A DNA stretch of 63,731 nucleotides, counting the filler, from Circinaria calcarea (taxonomy: Eukaryota): NCBI GenBank assembly GCA_051942165.1. It is 19 parts of 19 records of this genome, joined end to end, with 100 filler letters (N's around TTAATTAATTAA, not from the genome) between each part and the next. Parts side by side here need not be neighbours in the genome. Positions count along the whole stretch, not along the records: positions 60,486 to 63,731 come from JAVECS010002941.1; 18 more parts are not named here. One strand, given 5' to 3'. Positions 60,694 through 63,731 of the stretch are shown piece after piece. Below the pieces are notes generated by a model. The model made no database searches and had not been told where the DNA came from. It saw only the letters and a list, made by a program, of their open reading frames with translations. The position numbers were made by a program, and so were the translations under genes. Numbering within the stretch: position 1 is the first letter of the stretch; every line of letters starts with the position of its first letter.

Positions 60694-61577
60694 AAAAATG
60701 ATGGGCCGTTGGTATCAGGCCAGCGTGTACAATAGCAAGTGGAAATGCATTGAATACTGCACTTGAACGGTAGTGTCCATTGTGAGAAGAGATCACGGAG
60801 CTTGTTGTTGGCAGCTTATACTAGGATGAGCCTAAGAGACCCGCGCACAGATAAAATTACTCTCAACCATCCCGTATAAGTTTTTTCTCTGGATCTTTCA
60901 GGGCCCCCCAGAGAATGCGAATGCCGACGTTGTCCAAAGGGCGATGCTCGTGCTCCTAAACACCTTGGTGCCGTTCCAATCAATCATGTAGACTTTATCG
61001 AAATCTATGCACCTCTGAGGTTGGATTAGGTTACGGTTCCCTCCTTTTCTCTCGGCACGGGTAGTTTTGTGCTTTGGTAGCCAAGCCATTCAATTTCCCA
61101 CGTCCCGGCTTATCGTTCGTATTCCCCAACTACCGAACGCGCTTCGCCTCCTGGTGGTCGAGATTGAATCTGGGGAAATTGAAGCTAAAGTCGGTCTAAC
61201 GATGGAGGTCCCCGGTTCCAGGGCCGTTATTGTGCTGCATTTGTGCAAAAGTCCATGGATTCATCCTCGTGCAAATCACCCAGATCGAACTCAGGCCCAG
61301 GCCTAGGCCTATTCCGGGCGCATCTCATTTCCAGTACCAACGCCTTTCTCCTCCTCGTGCTTGGTGTGTCGCCAGATGTAGTCGTACATTATTGCTTCCT
61401 TTTCCCATCTTTTGATGTTTTCTGTTCTGTCTGTCTCGCGTTGCTTTCGACCATACCACCGTTTCACTCTTTCAGCGGGCACTCGTTTGCAGTATATATC
61501 ATTATGTCTTAATATTTACTATAATATCCAAGTTACTCTAATAATTGCCTCTCTGCAGTTCGTAGCTCGTTCAAATA

Positions 61578-63079
61578 ATGATGAAGGGTTCGGTGTGGGC
61601 CATAGCAGCTTCGAGTCTGCTCTGTACTGCTACTACTGGTTCCGTCCATGAGCGTCGACATGCGCATGAAATTTTCCACAACTTACGGAGAGATGCCGCT
61701 CTGGCTCTAGATAACGCGACTTGCGGCTGCACCACTTACGTGACGACTCTCTATGGCGAACCTACATGTAAGCCAATTACCCATTCAATGTGACCCAAGG
61801 ACCACAATTGGAGAGCATTGAGGTGAAGAGGGATCCCTACTGATATAGACCTATAGTGATTCAGCCTGCCGTAGCAAACACAACCACCGTCCTCTCCACA
61901 TCCTACACTACCATTCAGATTACTGTCTCGCCAGTAGCTGCCTCAGCAACCGGGTCCTCCCAGTCACCCGCCAGCAGTTTAACTGCGACTGCTACCTACA
62001 GCACATCCTCTTCCCCTCCTCTACTATTAGATAGCAGCAGCCAAAGTCCGGGTATATCGTCGGACTACTATGTTTCCCCACCACCGTCGTCTTCTGTCGC
62101 AGAATCATTCTCATACACTGCCACACCACCATCCTCGTCTTCTGTCGCAGAATCATATTCATACTCTGCACCAGCAATTGCTCCATCTTCAATCCCTCTT
62201 GCATCCTCATCTTCTGCCTTGGCAGCATCCACTTCCTCAGCTTCCCCTTCAGCGTTTCCTTCTGCACCGTCCGTACCTGGAACATCCGGTTCTCAGTGGT
62301 GCATGACATACTCCCCATACACCGAGCAAGGTGGCTGCAAAGAACCCGATGACATCAAAGTCGACATCGCCAACATGGCCGCCATGGGCTTCTCCTCGGT
62401 CCGCCTCTACAGCACAGACTGTGGTGGTCTCTCGGCGGTAGGCCCCGCCGCAGCAACCCATAACCTAAAGCTCGTTTTGGGAATCTACATCTCCCCCAGC
62501 GGAATATCCGGCGCTGCCGAACAAGTCACGGACATCATCACTTGGGCATCGGGTGACTACGCAGCCGTAGAAATGGTTGTTGTCGGCAACGAAGCCATTT
62601 TCAACAACTATGTCGACGCGTCCAGCCTCGCCGCTTTCATCTCGAGCACCAAATCAACCCTCCGCGCGGCTGGCTATACGGGTCCCGTCACTACAACCGA
62701 ACCGATGAATATCATGCAAAACGCCACCTCCGTTCTCTGTCCCGTCGTCGACGTCCTCGCCGCAAACATTCACCCCTTCTTTAACCCCGCCGTCTCTGCT
62801 TCCTCGGCGGGAGCTTTTGTCGCAGACGCCCTCACCGAGCTGGCAACTCTCTGCGGAGACACGAGAGAAGCGTATAATCTGGAGACTGGGTGGCCGCATG
62901 GTGGAATGGCGAACGGCGAGGCAGTTCCGGGAATGGAGGAGCAGAGGATGGCGATCGAGGCGATCAGAGGGCAGGCGGGGGGCAAGAGCGTCTTTTTCAG
63001 CTTCGTGGACGACCTCTGGAAACATCCGGGGGATTTGAACGTCGAGCAGAGTTGGGGGTGCAGCCAGTTGTTTACCTAG
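61578..63079 (+). CDS. GH17 cell-wall beta-glucanase/transglucosylase (Scw11-like)
   Basis: Signal peptide plus HERRHAH, CGCTT, intron 61768-61856, S/T linker, MTYSPY..GGCK, VRLYSTDC, acid/base VGNEA, nucleophile ETGWP. Confidence 0.93.
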
Positions 63080-63731
63080 GAAGGAGGGGGGTGATCACGG
63101 CAGATGAGGGTGAGGGCGAGGAAACGGGGAAATGAGAGAGAGGAGGGTTTTGATTAATTTTACTGTTTGCTTCTCGCACGGTGTCAAGGAAAAGATATCA
63201 AAAACATTTGCGGTTAGTCGTGAGATGAGGATATTCATTTAACCAATTCTAACATTGTGCATTCCTGTGGCCCCCTCATGTTCTAAAGATACCTAGAATT
63301 AGTTGGATATTCCGAACCCAACCGAACCGTACGTTTCTTTGGGAGATTAAAAACGCGCTTATACCATAGCGAATTATTTCGTCCCCCTAGTTTTATCTAT
63401 CTAGTGTAAGAGCCCCCCAAAAAAGGGCATTTTTAGCCTAGTCGATTTTTGCACCATATACTGTACAGAACAACAGACAACACGGGCTAGATAGAATCCT
63501 TCATTCATGTACGGTTTAACACAAGGGGGTAACCACCTGATGTAATACTTTTCCTCGAGAATTTGCCCACAACAATCGCCGTAATGGAGAAAAGAAATCA
63601 TAGTAGTGGTCTCGTGGAAAGATGATACGCTTGAGTAAAAAAAACTATCAACTATATCAGAATTGTACTTCTGCCGCTAAGTTATATTATACCCCTATTA
63701 ATAAGTAATAAAAACGGGCTTTATATAAGAG

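Overview
This window is not one locus. It is 19 short contigs (3272 down to 3246 bp, in descending length order) joined by an identical 100-nt artificial linker (N44-TTAATTAATTAA-N44), so gene neighbourhoods mean something only within each ~3.3 kb block. The DNA is from filamentous ascomycete fungi (Pezizomycotina): short GT-AG introns with CTRAC-like branch sites, RIP-like AT-rich tracts, and fungal genes. These include LSC2, STU1/CLASP, APP1-like, RSA4, TOM6, SEN34, ELP4, UVRAG/VPS38-like, a GH17 Scw11-like glucanase, a bHLH factor, a Ste20/MST kinase and three NLR-type genes. Many genes are cut by contig ends. Items not visible in the ORF track: a RIP-inactivated DUF3494-type ice-binding protein gene (45492-46131), an NLR-like gene whose N-terminal domain joins the ankyrin repeats with no NACHT domain, two adjacent TIR elements plus LTR relics in contig 1, a possible BIR-domain relic, two heptapeptide repeat arrays in Stu1, and pseudogenes of an aspartic protease and a small conserved Tyr/Ser/Asn-rich protein. 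All family calls come from motif recognition by eye; no database searches were run.
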